Shown: piece after piece, positions 41,386 through 51,599 of the stretch | Position numbering within the stretch: the stretch's first letter is position 1 | Layout of the letters: each line of letters opens with the position of its first letter | DNA from: an uncultured Bacilli bacterium | Lineage (GTDB): Bacteria > Bacillota_I > Bacilli_A > RF39 > UBA660 | DNA length: 64,000 nt | Assembly: GCA_947594925.1 (NCBI GenBank) | Contig: CANQEJ010000001.1 | Span: 7,837-71,836, forward strand | Direction: 5' to 3' | The notes under the pieces: model-generated | What the model was told of the DNA's origin: nothing | The model's input: only the letters and a program-made list of their open reading frames with translations | Database searches by the model: none | Made by a program: the position numbers and the translations under genes

Positions 41386-42243
41386 ATGGTTGTGATTGAA
41401 AGTAGTAAAATAAAAGAATTAATAAAAAAATACCATGAGAATAAACTTTCCCATGCTTTTTTGTTTGTTACCAATGATTTAAATAAATGTCGTAAAGATA
41501 TCAAAGAATTCATTAAACAAATAAGCTGTCCGCAAAACTACCAAGAAAATTGTGAAGAGTGTAATTTATGTTATCAAATTGAAAACAACATAATTCCTAA
41601 CATCAAAGAAATTTATCCAGAAGGACAATTAATCAAAAAAAATCAAATTTTAGAATTAAAGGATGCCTTTAAAGCTAAACCTTTATATATTACCAATAAC
41701 ATTTATATTATAAACAATGCCGAGAAGTTAAACTCATCTTCTGCTAATACTATGTTAAAATTCTTAGAAGAGCCCGAAGCTAATATTTTAGGATTCTTTC
41801 TAACCAATAATAAAGAAGCAATGTTAGAAACAATCAAAAGTCGTTGCCAAATAATAAATATCAGATACGAAAATCAAAGTTTATTAGAAGAACTTAATAG
41901 TACTGCAGAAGAGATAGTTTTATTTCAAAAACTAGGCAGTTCATATCTTTTAAAAATTATAAATAAAGAAGAAAATGGTATATACCTAAATAAAAAAGTG
42001 TTACTTCCCAACCTGCCGGATAGGTTATCTGTTAATAAATTTTTTAATTATCTATATTTAATTTCTAATGAAATAATCAATCAAAAAAACATCCCAAAAG
42101 AATTTGCTTTTTTAGAAAATATGGAATTAAAAAAACTAATATCTTTACAAAAAGCTTTATATAATGTCTTGGAAAGAATAGCATTTAATGTTAATATTGA
42201 GTTGTTACTTGATAACTTTGTATTAGAAATGGAGAAAATATAA
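41386..42243 (+). CDS. holB: DNA polymerase III delta-prime subunit
   Basis: KLSHAFLF motif; AAA+-like fold without a Walker A; followed by ricT, as in the B. subtilis order. Confidence 0.75.
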   Translation: MVVIESSKIKELIKKYHENKLSHAFLFVTNDLNKCRKDIKEFIKQISCPQNYQENCEECNLCYQIENNIIPNIKEIYPEGQLIKKNQILELKDAFKAKPLYITNNIYIINNAEKLNSSSANTMLKFLEEPEANILGFFLTNNKEAMLETIKSRCQIINIRYENQSLLEELNSTAEEIVLFQKLGSSYLLKIINKEENGIYLNKKVLLPNLPDRLSVNKFFNYLYLISNEIINQKNIPKEFAFLENMELKKLISLQKALYNVLERIAFNVNIELLLDNFVLEMEKI

Positions 42244-43028
42244 TGCAAACATATGGTGTATCTTTTAAAGAAAGAGGAAAAATATATTATTTTAACTTTG
42301 AAAATCCTGATTTAACTGCGAGACAGGAAGTTATAGTAGAAACTGAAAATGGTGAACAATTTGGTTACATTGTAAAAAAAATTACAGATAATAAAGGCAT
42401 TGAAAATATCAAAATGATTTTAAGAATAGCAACTGAAGAGGACCGAAAAAAAGTAGAACAAAATAAAAAAGATGCCTTAAAAGCTTTAGAAAATGCTCGC
42501 AAACTAGCAGAGAAATTCAACCTTGATATGAAATTTATCGATGCTAACTTTAACTTTGAGAGAAAACAATTGTTATTTAATTTTACTGCTGATGAAAGAG
42601 TAGACTTTCGTGAGTTAGCTAAAGCTCTTGCAGGTATATATCGTACTCGTATTGAACTGCGCCAAGTTGGTGTTCGTGATAAAGCCAAAGAAGTGGGAGG
42701 TATTGGGCAATGTGGTCGTTGCTTATGTTGTAAAAACTTTTTAGAACATGTGGGCTCTATTTCTATTAACATGGTAAAAAATCAAAATATTGCTATTAAT
42801 CCTTCCAAAATTAATGGACAGTGTGGCCGTCTACTTTGTTGTCTAACATATGAAGATGAAGAGTATACAAGATGTCAAAAAGGTATGCCTTTAGTAGGTG
42901 ATATTGTTAAAACAGAGTATGGTGAAGGTAAAGTAGTAAGTGTCGATATATTAAATAGAGCGTATAAAGTTGACGTTGATGGCAACAAGTATGAAGTAAG
43001 GTTAAATTGTGAAAACTGTTCTAAATGA
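42243..43028 (+). CDS. ricT: RicT/YaaT (PSP1 C-terminal domain) protein
   Basis: PSP1 domain with a C-terminal cysteine cluster (GQCGRCLCC...GQCGRLLCC). Confidence 0.8.
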   Translation: MQTYGVSFKERGKIYYFNFENPDLTARQEVIVETENGEQFGYIVKKITDNKGIENIKMILRIATEEDRKKVEQNKKDALKALENARKLAEKFNLDMKFIDANFNFERKQLLFNFTADERVDFRELAKALAGIYRTRIELRQVGVRDKAKEVGGIGQCGRCLCCKNFLEHVGSISINMVKNQNIAINPSKINGQCGRLLCCLTYEDEEYTRCQKGMPLVGDIVKTEYGEGKVVSVDILNRAYKVDVDGNKYEVRLNCENCSK

Positions 43029-43710
43029 TTTATATGATTATGATATGCAAATATATCAATTAGAAGAGGGATTTAAATTTTCTTTAGATTCTCTTTTACT
43101 AGCTGAATTTGTTCAACCGAAAAATTCAAAGCAAATTATTCTTGATTTATGTACAGGAAATGCTTCTGTACCTTTAGTTCTTTCTAGCAAATATAAAAAC
43201 AAAATATATGGTATGGAATTACAAGAACCAATCTATAACTTAGCCGTTAAATCAGTTAAACATAACCATAAAGAAAACCAGATTTTTCTAATCAATGATA
43301 ATATTAGTAACTCTTTAAATTATTTTTCCAAAGAAGAAATAGATATAATTACTTGTAATCCTCCTTATTTTAAATATGAAGATACATCCATTATTAATGC
43401 ATCTTCCTTAAAAGCTATTGCGCGACATGAAGTTAAAATAACCCTAAAAGATATAATAGAATTAGTTAGTGGCCTTCTTAAAAATAATGGCGAATTTTAT
43501 TTAGTTCATCGTTCTTCAAGATTAGAAGAAATCATTAAGATTATGTCTTCTTATAATCTCCATATAAAAAAACTAGTTCCAATATACACAACTTCTAATA
43601 AAGAGGCACCTCTAATTTTGATAAAAGCTGTAAAAAATGGTAAGCCTGGTTTAAAACTGTTGCCTGCTGTATATTCTAGTACTCTTTCTACCTTTAAAAA
43701 TTTGTTTTAA
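43009..43710 (+). CDS. SAM-dependent N6-adenine methyltransferase (YabB / tRNA m6A37 TrmN6-like)
   Basis: TCNPPYF motif; GTG start; syntenic with B. subtilis yabB. Confidence 0.65.
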   Translation: MKTVLNDLYDYDMQIYQLEEGFKFSLDSLLLAEFVQPKNSKQIILDLCTGNASVPLVLSSKYKNKIYGMELQEPIYNLAVKSVKHNHKENQIFLINDNISNSLNYFSKEEIDIITCNPPYFKYEDTSIINASSLKAIARHEVKITLKDIIELVSGLLKNNGEFYLVHRSSRLEEIIKIMSSYNLHIKKLVPIYTTSNKEAPLILIKAVKNGKPGLKLLPAVYSSTLSTFKNLF

Positions 43711-43752
43711 AATAGGTTTAGTTATGCTAGAATAAAAAGTCAGGAGGAAACC

Positions 43753-44382
43753 TTGATGAAAAAAGAGAAAATAGAAATAAATTCTGAGTGCATTGCTGCT
43801 ATGGCTTTACTTTATAACTATATAGCTAATCAAAGTAGGTCTTTAAATTACTTTGAAATAACTAGTTTTAATAAAATGATGCAAAACTTATTAAGATATC
43901 AAAAATCTTTATATACAATTAAAGATTTAACTCATTTAAAAAAATCATCAGAAAAAGAACCAGATTTTGGTTTTTCAAAAGTAGGAAAAGATTACGATTT
44001 AGAATACCTAATTGAAAACTTAGAACAACTAAAGCTTGTTTATAACTATCTAATTCCTAGTGAAATTAAAACCATATCTTTAAGAGGCTTTTTAAGTAAT
44101 CAAAAAACTGAAAACCCTCTTTTAGAAATAAATGTAAATGGAAACGATTTACCAATTAATGAAGAGTTTGTATCTCAAACTGGTGTAATGAAAGTATATT
44201 CTTGTAATGGTAAAGGGTCTTTAGAAAAAGTAAATGCCTTTTTGGAAAATAAAGGCTATAGAAATATTACAACTAAATTAAAAAGCCCATTTAATCAAGA
44301 AAAAATTGGCTGGCTAGTAGAATATACTTGTGATATGCCAGAATACACTTTAGCATTAAATAAAAAGTTAGAAAGGAAATAA
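43753..44382 (+). CDS. Hypothetical protein, paralogue A of a tandem pair
   Basis: Shares an N-terminal AxxLLYNYI block and a C-terminal IGWLVEYTCDMPEYT block with the next ORF. Confidence 0.5.
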   Translation: MMKKEKIEINSECIAAMALLYNYIANQSRSLNYFEITSFNKMMQNLLRYQKSLYTIKDLTHLKKSSEKEPDFGFSKVGKDYDLEYLIENLEQLKLVYNYLIPSEIKTISLRGFLSNQKTENPLLEINVNGNDLPINEEFVSQTGVMKVYSCNGKGSLEKVNAFLENKGYRNITTKLKSPFNQEKIGWLVEYTCDMPEYTLALNKKLERK

Positions 44383-44388
44383 AGGATT

Positions 44389-45090
44389 ATGTCTTCAAAA
44401 GAAAAAATTTTAGTCGAAAAAGAAATAGTATTAGCATTAGGTTTATTATATCAATACTTAACTGCTATGACACCTGATATATCTTCTTATGACTTACAAA
44501 AATATGTGAGAAAAATCAATAGAAATTTGCAACTTTTAAATTCTGATTATGAAATTGGCCAAAATAATATTTCATCATCAAAAGAAAAAATGAATTCTTT
44601 AGGAATTACAAATGCTGATTTAAGTCTTAACTATACTATTTCCGATGTAAAAACCTTATTAACATTTTTAATGTATACTATTCCTGAAGATATTGTTAAT
44701 GCTTCTTTAGTAGGAAGCTTCTGTTCATATTATGAAAATGCTAATAATGCTATAGGTGTTGATAGTAGCAAGTTAAAAGTGCAAGAAACTAAGGAATATG
44801 TTTCCGGAACAATGGGTATTTATACCTTTGCTGCTTCCGATGCGAAGAAATTAGTATATAAAGATTTAGAATTACAAGGTGGTCAAGATATTAGTGTTAC
44901 AGAAACAGGAACCTTTCAAAAAGATGATATTGGTTGGTATGTAAGATATTCTTGTCAAATGCCTCAATATAAAATTGATATGGATAATATAGAACAAATA
45001 TATCGTTCTTCTGTCGAAGTTATAGAATATCAAGATAGTGGGTCAGATTGGCAACCAGATTTAAGTTGTCGAAAAATTCGAAAAAAATAA
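44389..45090 (+). CDS. Hypothetical protein, paralogue B of a tandem pair
   Basis: LGLLYQYL and IGWYVRYSCQMPQYK blocks match paralogue A. Confidence 0.5.
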   Translation: MSSKEKILVEKEIVLALGLLYQYLTAMTPDISSYDLQKYVRKINRNLQLLNSDYEIGQNNISSSKEKMNSLGITNADLSLNYTISDVKTLLTFLMYTIPEDIVNASLVGSFCSYYENANNAIGVDSSKLKVQETKEYVSGTMGIYTFAASDAKKLVYKDLELQGGQDISVTETGTFQKDDIGWYVRYSCQMPQYKIDMDNIEQIYRSSVEVIEYQDSGSDWQPDLSCRKIRKK

Positions 45091-45123
45091 ATAGTTTTGA
45101 TAAAATAAAAAAGGTGGTGGGTT

Positions 45124-45678
45124 ATGAAATTAATTGTTGGTTTAGGAAACCCTGGCGAAGAATATGCCATTACAAGACATAATATTGGTTTTATGATACT
45201 AGATACATACTTAGGTAAAGTAAAATGGAAAACTAAAAATAGTGCTTTATATTACGAAACAACAATTAACAACGAAAAATATCTTTTTTTAAAACCTCTT
45301 ACTTTCATGAATTTATCAGGAGAAGCTGTGCGCAAATATGTTGATTACTATAATATACCTTTAGAAGATATCTTAATAATTCATGATGACCTCGATTTAC
45401 CAGTTGGCAGTATTAGATTAAAACAAGATAGTAGTGCAGGGGGTCATAATGGTATTAAATCAATAATTGCTCATTTGGGTACTCAAAACTTTAAACGTTT
45501 AAAAGTAGGTATTTCTAACAATAAAGAGTTAGATACTAAAGACTATGTTTTAGGTAAATTTTCGAAAAAAGAAATAGATATCCTAAATAATATTCTTTCT
45601 CAAACTCATAATATAATTGAAGATTTTTCTATTATGAATTTTACTGACTTAATGAGTAAATATAATAAAAGAGGTTGA
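45124..45678 (+). CDS. pth: Peptidyl-tRNA hydrolase
   Basis: MKLIVGLGNPG...TRHN motif. Confidence 0.95.
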   Translation: MKLIVGLGNPGEEYAITRHNIGFMILDTYLGKVKWKTKNSALYYETTINNEKYLFLKPLTFMNLSGEAVRKYVDYYNIPLEDILIIHDDLDLPVGSIRLKQDSSAGGHNGIKSIIAHLGTQNFKRLKVGISNNKELDTKDYVLGKFSKKEIDILNNILSQTHNIIEDFSIMNFTDLMSKYNKRG

Positions 45679-48600
45679 CTATGAATTTTTTGGAAAACAT
45701 TGTAAACTTTGAAGATAATACAAATATAACCGGTTTAACTTTTGAGTTAAATGTTTTTTACGTGTTAACAAAATTTCATAAAGCTAAAAAAAATATTTTA
45801 GTAGTAACTAATAGCTTATACGAGGCCAATCAGTTTTACAGTAACTTAAGCACTTATACAAAAGATGTTTTACTTTTTCCTATGGACGACTTTTTAACTT
45901 CGGTAGCCTTAGCAATGTCTCCTGACTTAAAAGTTAAAAGACTAGAAACTCTCGAAAGCATCAAAGAAAATACACCAAAAATAGTAATTACGAACCTAAT
46001 GGGTTATTTAAAATTCTTACCTAACCCAGATGAAACAAAAAAATACCTTTCTAAAATCAAAGTTAAAGATAAAATAAAAAGGGATGAAATAATTTCTACT
46101 TTAGAAGATTTAGGCTATAAAAAAGATTCTCTAGTTACAGCTACTGGAGAATATGCCGTGCGCGGTTATATAATTGATGTTTTCCTACTGGAAGAAGAAC
46201 ACCCTGTCCGTATAGAATTATTTGGTGATGAAATAGATTCTATCCGTTATTTTAATGAAGAAACGCAAATATCAATTACTAAAAAAGAAGAGATAAACTT
46301 ACGTCCCTTTGCGGAAATTGCCACAAAAAAGCACGCATCTTTGGCGACTTATTTAGATAATCCCCTTGTTATATTTTATAATTATGACCAAATCCAAGCT
46401 GGCTATGAAAAGCTGGAAAAAGATATGTTTGAATATAAACTATCGCAAAATATTGCCCCTGATTATAAATACATGTTTGAATTAAATGAACTAAACCCAA
46501 AACAAACAAACTATATCAGTATGTTTCATAATAAGATAAATAAAATCCCTAACTTTAATTATGAGACTAAAGATATAACAAACTTTGACAGTAACTTTGC
46601 TAAATTAAAAGACTTTGCTTTAGGGATGAAACTACAAAATAAAAAAGTAATTTTCTTCCTATCTCGGGCAAAACAAATAAGTAAAATAAATGAATTACTT
46701 GAAAGTGACACTAAAATAATTGGTGATATCAAAGAAGCAAAACCAGGTACAATTAATATCCTTAATAAAAAAATCAATAATGGTTTTATGCTAGCCGATT
46801 TAGTAATTATTAGTGAATATGATATTGAAAATATTACTAAAAGAAAAATTAATTATAAAAACTCTTATAAATTAGGAAATAGAATAAGTAGTTTTAATGA
46901 TATCAAAAAGGGTGATTATGTAGTTCATGCTGCTCATGGTATTGGTATCTATAATGGTGTGGTTACTTTAAACAAAAGTGGCATGCAAAAAGATTACTTA
47001 CAAATAAATTATAAAGATAACGATAAAATATATATCCCAGTTGAAAAGATAAATACTATTTATAAATATGCTAATAAAGAAGATGCACACCCTAAAATAA
47101 ATAAATTAAATTCTATATCATGGCAAAAAACTAAACAAACTTTAAAAAAGAAAATAAAAGATATTTCTGCCGAGTTAATTCGTCTTTATGCTGAAAGAAA
47201 AAAAATCAAAAAAGAAAAATATCTAGATTTTCCCGAAGAAGCTATCTTTGCTTCCGAATTTGCTTATGAAGAGACACGTGACCAATTAAAAGCAATTCAT
47301 AATGTCAATGATGATTTGCGTAGTGAAAATCCCATGGACCGTCTTTTATGTGGAGATGTTGGCTATGGAAAGACGGAAGTAGCATTAAGAGGGATGTTTA
47401 AAACCATCTTAAATGGCTATCAGGTATTATATTTATGTCCAACGACCATTTTATCAAAACAACAATATAATACTGCTTTAGAAAGATTTAAAAACTTTGG
47501 CATCAATATTGGTTTATTAAATCGTTTTACAGCCAAAAAAGAACAAACTAGAATAATCAATGCCTTAAAAGATGGAACCATAGATTTAGTTTTTGGTACC
47601 CATAGATTACTTAGTAATGACATTGTTTGTAAAAAATTGGGTCTTCTAATTGTTGATGAAGAGCAACGTTTTGGGGTTACTCATAAAGAAAAAATAAAAG
47701 CATTAAAAAAAGATGTTAATGTTCTAACCTTATCTGCTACACCAATACCTCGTACTTTAAAATTAGCTTTATCAGGACTTCGTGATTTATCCATCATTGA
47801 TACACCACCCGTTAATCGTTATCCAGTTCAAACATATGTAGTATCAGAAGAAGATGTTTTAATTCAAGATGCTATTTATAAAGAATTATCTAGAGGTGGC
47901 CAGGTTTTTATGCTTTATAATCGAGTAGAAAGTATCGAAAACCAGGTCGATAAAATCAAAAACTTAGTTCCCGAAGCGCGCATAAACTATGCCCATGGGC
48001 AAATGCCTAAAGACCAACTTGAAGACATTATGGAAAACTTTATAAACTATGAATTTGATGTTTTAGTTTGTACAACTATTATTGAAACAGGAATTGATAT
48101 TCCTAATGCCAATACTTTAATTATTATCGATGCCGACCGTTTTGGTCTGTCGCAACTTTATCAAATTAGAGGACGAGTTGGTCGTAGTGACAAAATAGCT
48201 TATGCATATTTCATGTACAACAAAGGAAAAGTATTAAATGATGATGCTGTTAAAAGATTACAAGCCATTAAAGAGTTTACAGAGTTAGGTAGTGGTTACA
48301 AAATTGCCATGCGGGACCTAGCTATTAGAGGAGCAGGAGATATCTTAGGTAGCGAACAAGCTGGCTTTGTTGATACAGTTGGTATTGACTTATTTATGAA
48401 AATGATTGAAGATGAAATAGCCGAACTTAATGGTAATACTCCTCAGGTTGAAGACACTTCTAACAAATCATTAATAGAAGTAGATACGCACATAAGCGAT
48501 AACTATGTATCTGATGAAGAAATAAAAATAGAAGTTCATAAAAAAATAAATGAAATTGATAGTTTAAGTAAACTAAAAGAAGTGCAAAGAGAATTAGAAG

Positions 48601-48917
48601 ACCGTTTTGGTAAGATAGATGACAAAATGGAAATATACATGTATGAAGAGTGGTTTGAAAAACTAGCTATAGCTTTAAAAGTAGAACGAGTAGTTCAAAA
48701 TGAACGTGAAGTAGAAATTGAAATCCCTGAAGAAATATCTAACCAATTAGAGGGAGATAAACTATTCTTAGCAGTTTATAATATCAATCCTAAATTTACT
48801 TTAAGATATATGTCTAAAAAGATATATATAAAATTACCAATTAAAAATCTTGAAAAACATTTTATCTATTATCTAGTAAATTTATTAGGCTTTATTCGTA
48901 ATGAAATAAGTTTATAA
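45675..48917 (+). CDS. mfd: Transcription-repair coupling factor
   Basis: 1080 aa; superfamily 2 helicase motifs (GDVGYGKTEVA, DEEQRFG); follows pth as in B. subtilis. Confidence 0.95.
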   Translation: MTMNFLENIVNFEDNTNITGLTFELNVFYVLTKFHKAKKNILVVTNSLYEANQFYSNLSTYTKDVLLFPMDDFLTSVALAMSPDLKVKRLETLESIKENTPKIVITNLMGYLKFLPNPDETKKYLSKIKVKDKIKRDEIISTLEDLGYKKDSLVTATGEYAVRGYIIDVFLLEEEHPVRIELFGDEIDSIRYFNEETQISITKKEEINLRPFAEIATKKHASLATYLDNPLVIFYNYDQIQAGYEKLEKDMFEYKLSQNIAPDYKYMFELNELNPKQTNYISMFHNKINKIPNFNYETKDITNFDSNFAKLKDFALGMKLQNKKVIFFLSRAKQISKINELLESDTKIIGDIKEAKPGTINILNKKINNGFMLADLVIISEYDIENITKRKINYKNSYKLGNRISSFNDIKKGDYVVHAAHGIGIYNGVVTLNKSGMQKDYLQINYKDNDKIYIPVEKINTIYKYANKEDAHPKINKLNSISWQKTKQTLKKKIKDISAELIRLYAERKKIKKEKYLDFPEEAIFASEFAYEETRDQLKAIHNVNDDLRSENPMDRLLCGDVGYGKTEVALRGMFKTILNGYQVLYLCPTTILSKQQYNTALERFKNFGINIGLLNRFTAKKEQTRIINALKDGTIDLVFGTHRLLSNDIVCKKLGLLIVDEEQRFGVTHKEKIKALKKDVNVLTLSATPIPRTLKLALSGLRDLSIIDTPPVNRYPVQTYVVSEEDVLIQDAIYKELSRGGQVFMLYNRVESIENQVDKIKNLVPEARINYAHGQMPKDQLEDIMENFINYEFDVLVCTTIIETGIDIPNANTLIIIDADRFGLSQLYQIRGRVGRSDKIAYAYFMYNKGKVLNDDAVKRLQAIKEFTELGSGYKIAMRDLAIRGAGDILGSEQAGFVDTVGIDLFMKMIEDEIAELNGNTPQVEDTSNKSLIEVDTHISDNYVSDEEIKIEVHKKINEIDSLSKLKEVQRELEDRFGKIDDKMEIYMYEEWFEKLAIALKVERVVQNEREVEIEIPEEISNQLEGDKLFLAVYNINPKFTLRYMSKKIYIKLPIKNLEKHFIYYLVNLLGFIRNEISL

Positions 48918-48923
48918 CTTGTT

Positions 48924-50123
48924 TCATTTTTCATTTAGTAACCAATCAACAACATTTATTTTTTTAATTCCATTATAATCTGTAGCTAAATCATTGTCTA
49001 AAGTTAAAATTGTTTTTGGATAATAATCATTAGTATTTTCTAGTGGTCTTAATTCTCTTTTTAAAGTATCTTCATCTCTTACCGATAAAGCAACTTGATA
49101 ATATTCTATACCCTCATGATTTTGGACAATAAAGTCAATTTCATATTTATCTACTTTACCAATATAAACTTGGTAACCGCGACGTAATAACTCTAAATAA
49201 ACTATATTTTCTAATACATGCCCACTTTGAGCATTAGCTTTATTGCCTAAAAGAGCATATCTTAAGCCCGCATCGCAAACATAATATTTAAAATCGCGAG
49301 ACAAGTATCTTTTTCCTTTAATTTCATATCTTTCTATTTTATAAATAAGAAAACTTTCTAAAAAGGCATTAATATAATTTTCAACAGTATGACTACTTAT
49401 AGTAATATGATTAGAATTTAAAGTATCACTAATCTTTTTAATTGATATAGGACTACCAATACTATCAAAAATAAATTTTATAATACTCTCTAAAAGAATT
49501 TTATCATTTATATTATTTCTAGTCATTATATCTTTATAAACTATAGTAGAAAAAATACCATCTAAATAATCTCTTAAATTTTCTTCATTGTCATTAAATT
49601 CAATAGTTCCGGGCATGCCACCATTTTGCATATAGTCTAAAAATAATTCTTGTTTATTAGTAGACTTCGGAAAAGCACTAGCATATTCTTTAAAAGATAA
49701 GGGAAGCATTTTAATTTCGATATATCTTCCTGAAAGAAAAGTGGCTAATTCTCCTGATAAAAGATAAGCATTTGAACCAGTTATATATAAATCAACATTT
49801 TCCTTAATATAAAGCCCATCAACAGCTTTTTCAAAATTTTTAATATTTTGAATTTCATCTAAAAAAATATAGTACTTTTTATTATCTTTTAATTTTTTAT
49901 TTATATAATTATATAATTCTAAATAATCTTTAAAATTATATTCAGGGTCTTCTAAGTTTAATTTGATAATTTGAGTATCTTTGATATTTATCGATTTTAA
50001 ATAATCAATATATAAATTAAATAATGTAGATTTCCCACATCTTCTAATACCTGTTATGACTTTAATAATATTCTTATCTTTTAAGGATATTAATTTATTT
50101 AAATATGTATCTCTTGCTATCAT
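48924..50123 (-). CDS. AAA+ ATPase of the DUF4143 / COG1373 type
   Basis: Walker A GIRRCGKST; Walker B IFLDEIQ; C-terminal DUF4143-like region. Confidence 0.7.
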   Translation of the reverse strand: MIARDTYLNKLISLKDKNIIKVITGIRRCGKSTLFNLYIDYLKSINIKDTQIIKLNLEDPEYNFKDYLELYNYINKKLKDNKKYYIFLDEIQNIKNFEKAVDGLYIKENVDLYITGSNAYLLSGELATFLSGRYIEIKMLPLSFKEYASAFPKSTNKQELFLDYMQNGGMPGTIEFNDNEENLRDYLDGIFSTIVYKDIMTRNNINDKILLESIIKFIFDSIGSPISIKKISDTLNSNHITISSHTVENYINAFLESFLIYKIERYEIKGKRYLSRDFKYYVCDAGLRYALLGNKANAQSGHVLENIVYLELLRRGYQVYIGKVDKYEIDFIVQNHEGIEYYQVALSVRDEDTLKRELRPLENTNDYYPKTILTLDNDLATDYNGIKKINVVDWLLNEK

Positions 50124-50174
50124 ACCATCACCAATTTAATTATAAATTAATGTGTTTTAAAAGTCAATTAAATC

Positions 50175-50230
50175 GCAAAATATTTCAAAAGCTTCTAATT
50201 TTTACATAGTTTTTGCAAAATATTTCAAAA
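50175..50230. promoter_or_regulatory. Two 16 bp direct repeats GCAAAATATTTCAAAA, 40 bp apart, in the divergent intergenic region
   Basis: Copies at 50175-50190 and 50215-50230. Confidence 0.3.
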
Positions 50231-50303
50231 AATACATATTAAAATATTTGCCTTGTTTAGCTCAATTAATTTAGTTATAATATAAACATAGGAAGTGGAG
50301 AAT

Positions 50304-50960
50304 ATGCTTGATAAGTATCAACTAACAAGAAATGAAAGTGTATTTTTAGCTAAAAAAGAATTAGTTTCTAATATATACAATAGTGCTAAATTAGAAGGAA
50401 TTGATGTTACTTATCAAGATACTAAAACAATTTTAGACGGTGTTAATGTACCTTCTATGAAATTAGATGAAATAAATTGTATTTTAAATTTGCGAGATGC
50501 CTGGCAATATTTAATGAAGAATATTAACCAAGAATTAAGTGTTGATTATATTTGTCAAATAAATTCTTATGTTTCTCGTAATGAATCTTTAGAGTGGGGA
50601 AAATTACGAACTGGTAAAGTTGGAATAAGAGGTGCCCATTATATTCCTGAAATTCCTGATAAAGGGCAAATTGAAAGCCAAATAAAAATTTATTTAAAAC
50701 AAGAAAGCAAAACTAAAGCAGCTATAGAATTAATGTTATATTTAATGAGAACCCAAATGTTTTGGGATGGAAATAAAAGAACTAGTATGCTTATTGCTAA
50801 TAAAATAATGATAGAAAATGGTTGTGGCATAATAAGCATTAAAGAAGAATATATAAATGATTTTAACAAATTATTAACTGAATATTACAATTCTAACGAT
50901 ATGAAAAAAATTACTCAATTTATTTATGATAAATGTATCTATGGTATAGATAAAGATTAA
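50304..50960 (+). CDS. Fic/Doc-family protein with a degenerate active-site motif
   Basis: N-terminal NSAKLEG block; core QMFWDGNKRTS where HxFx(D/N)GNKR is expected, so the catalytic His is replaced by Gln. Confidence 0.5.
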   Translation: MLDKYQLTRNESVFLAKKELVSNIYNSAKLEGIDVTYQDTKTILDGVNVPSMKLDEINCILNLRDAWQYLMKNINQELSVDYICQINSYVSRNESLEWGKLRTGKVGIRGAHYIPEIPDKGQIESQIKIYLKQESKTKAAIELMLYLMRTQMFWDGNKRTSMLIANKIMIENGCGIISIKEEYINDFNKLLTEYYNSNDMKKITQFIYDKCIYGIDKD

Positions 50961-51035
50961 TTTATATTTTTTATAAATATTAGTATTTTTTGTCGAAAAT
51001 CCTCCACAATATAAATAGAAGTGGAGGCTTTTATT

Positions 51036-51572
51036 TTGAAATCAACTGGAGTAATAAGAAGAATAGATGATTTAGGGCGAATTGTAATTCCTAAAGAAAT
51101 AAGACGCAATTTAAAAATAAGAGATGGCGAAAATATGGAAATATTCATTGATTTAGATGCTATAGTCTTAAAAAAATATTCTAAATTAGATGATATGTTA
51201 TCAGTTACCGATAGAATATGTAAAATGCTTCATGAAATAATGGATTATAATGTTGCTATCACCGACCGGGAACATATAATATCCAGTTATGGAAAAGAAG
51301 AATTTAAAAATTTAAAAAATAAAAATATTAGTGAAGATTTAACTTACTTAATAGATAAAAGAGATACCTTAAATGCACAAAGTTCTAAAACTCTTAAATT
51401 GACTGAAGATACCTTAATAGAAGGATACTTTCTCATAATTCCTTTAATAAGTTCTGCTGATAGTATGGGGTTAATTATAATTCATGACTTAAAACCTTTA
51501 TCTGAAAAAGCGGAAATAGGGGCGAAGATAGCTAACTTTTTAATATGTGAACAAGTAGATATTGATTTTTAA
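51036..51572 (+). CDS. spoVT: Stage V sporulation protein T (AbrB-type N-domain plus GAF-like C-domain)
   Basis: KSTGVIRRIDDLGRIVIPKEIRRNL matches the AbrB/SpoVT swapped-hairpin domain; TTG start at 51036 behind GGAGG; follows mfd as in B. subtilis. Confidence 0.8.
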   Translation: MKSTGVIRRIDDLGRIVIPKEIRRNLKIRDGENMEIFIDLDAIVLKKYSKLDDMLSVTDRICKMLHEIMDYNVAITDREHIISSYGKEEFKNLKNKNISEDLTYLIDKRDTLNAQSSKTLKLTEDTLIEGYFLIIPLISSADSMGLIIIHDLKPLSEKAEIGAKIANFLICEQVDIDF

Positions 51573-51599
51573 ATTTGGTAAAATAAATATGGTGATTAT

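Noticed and set aside
42365-42772. 135 aa minus-strand ORF
   Set aside because: Antisense inside ricT.
50957-51148. 63 aa minus-strand ORF
   Set aside because: Antisense over the spoVT start region. spoVT is confidently assigned there with a TTG start and a GGAGG ribosome-binding site.
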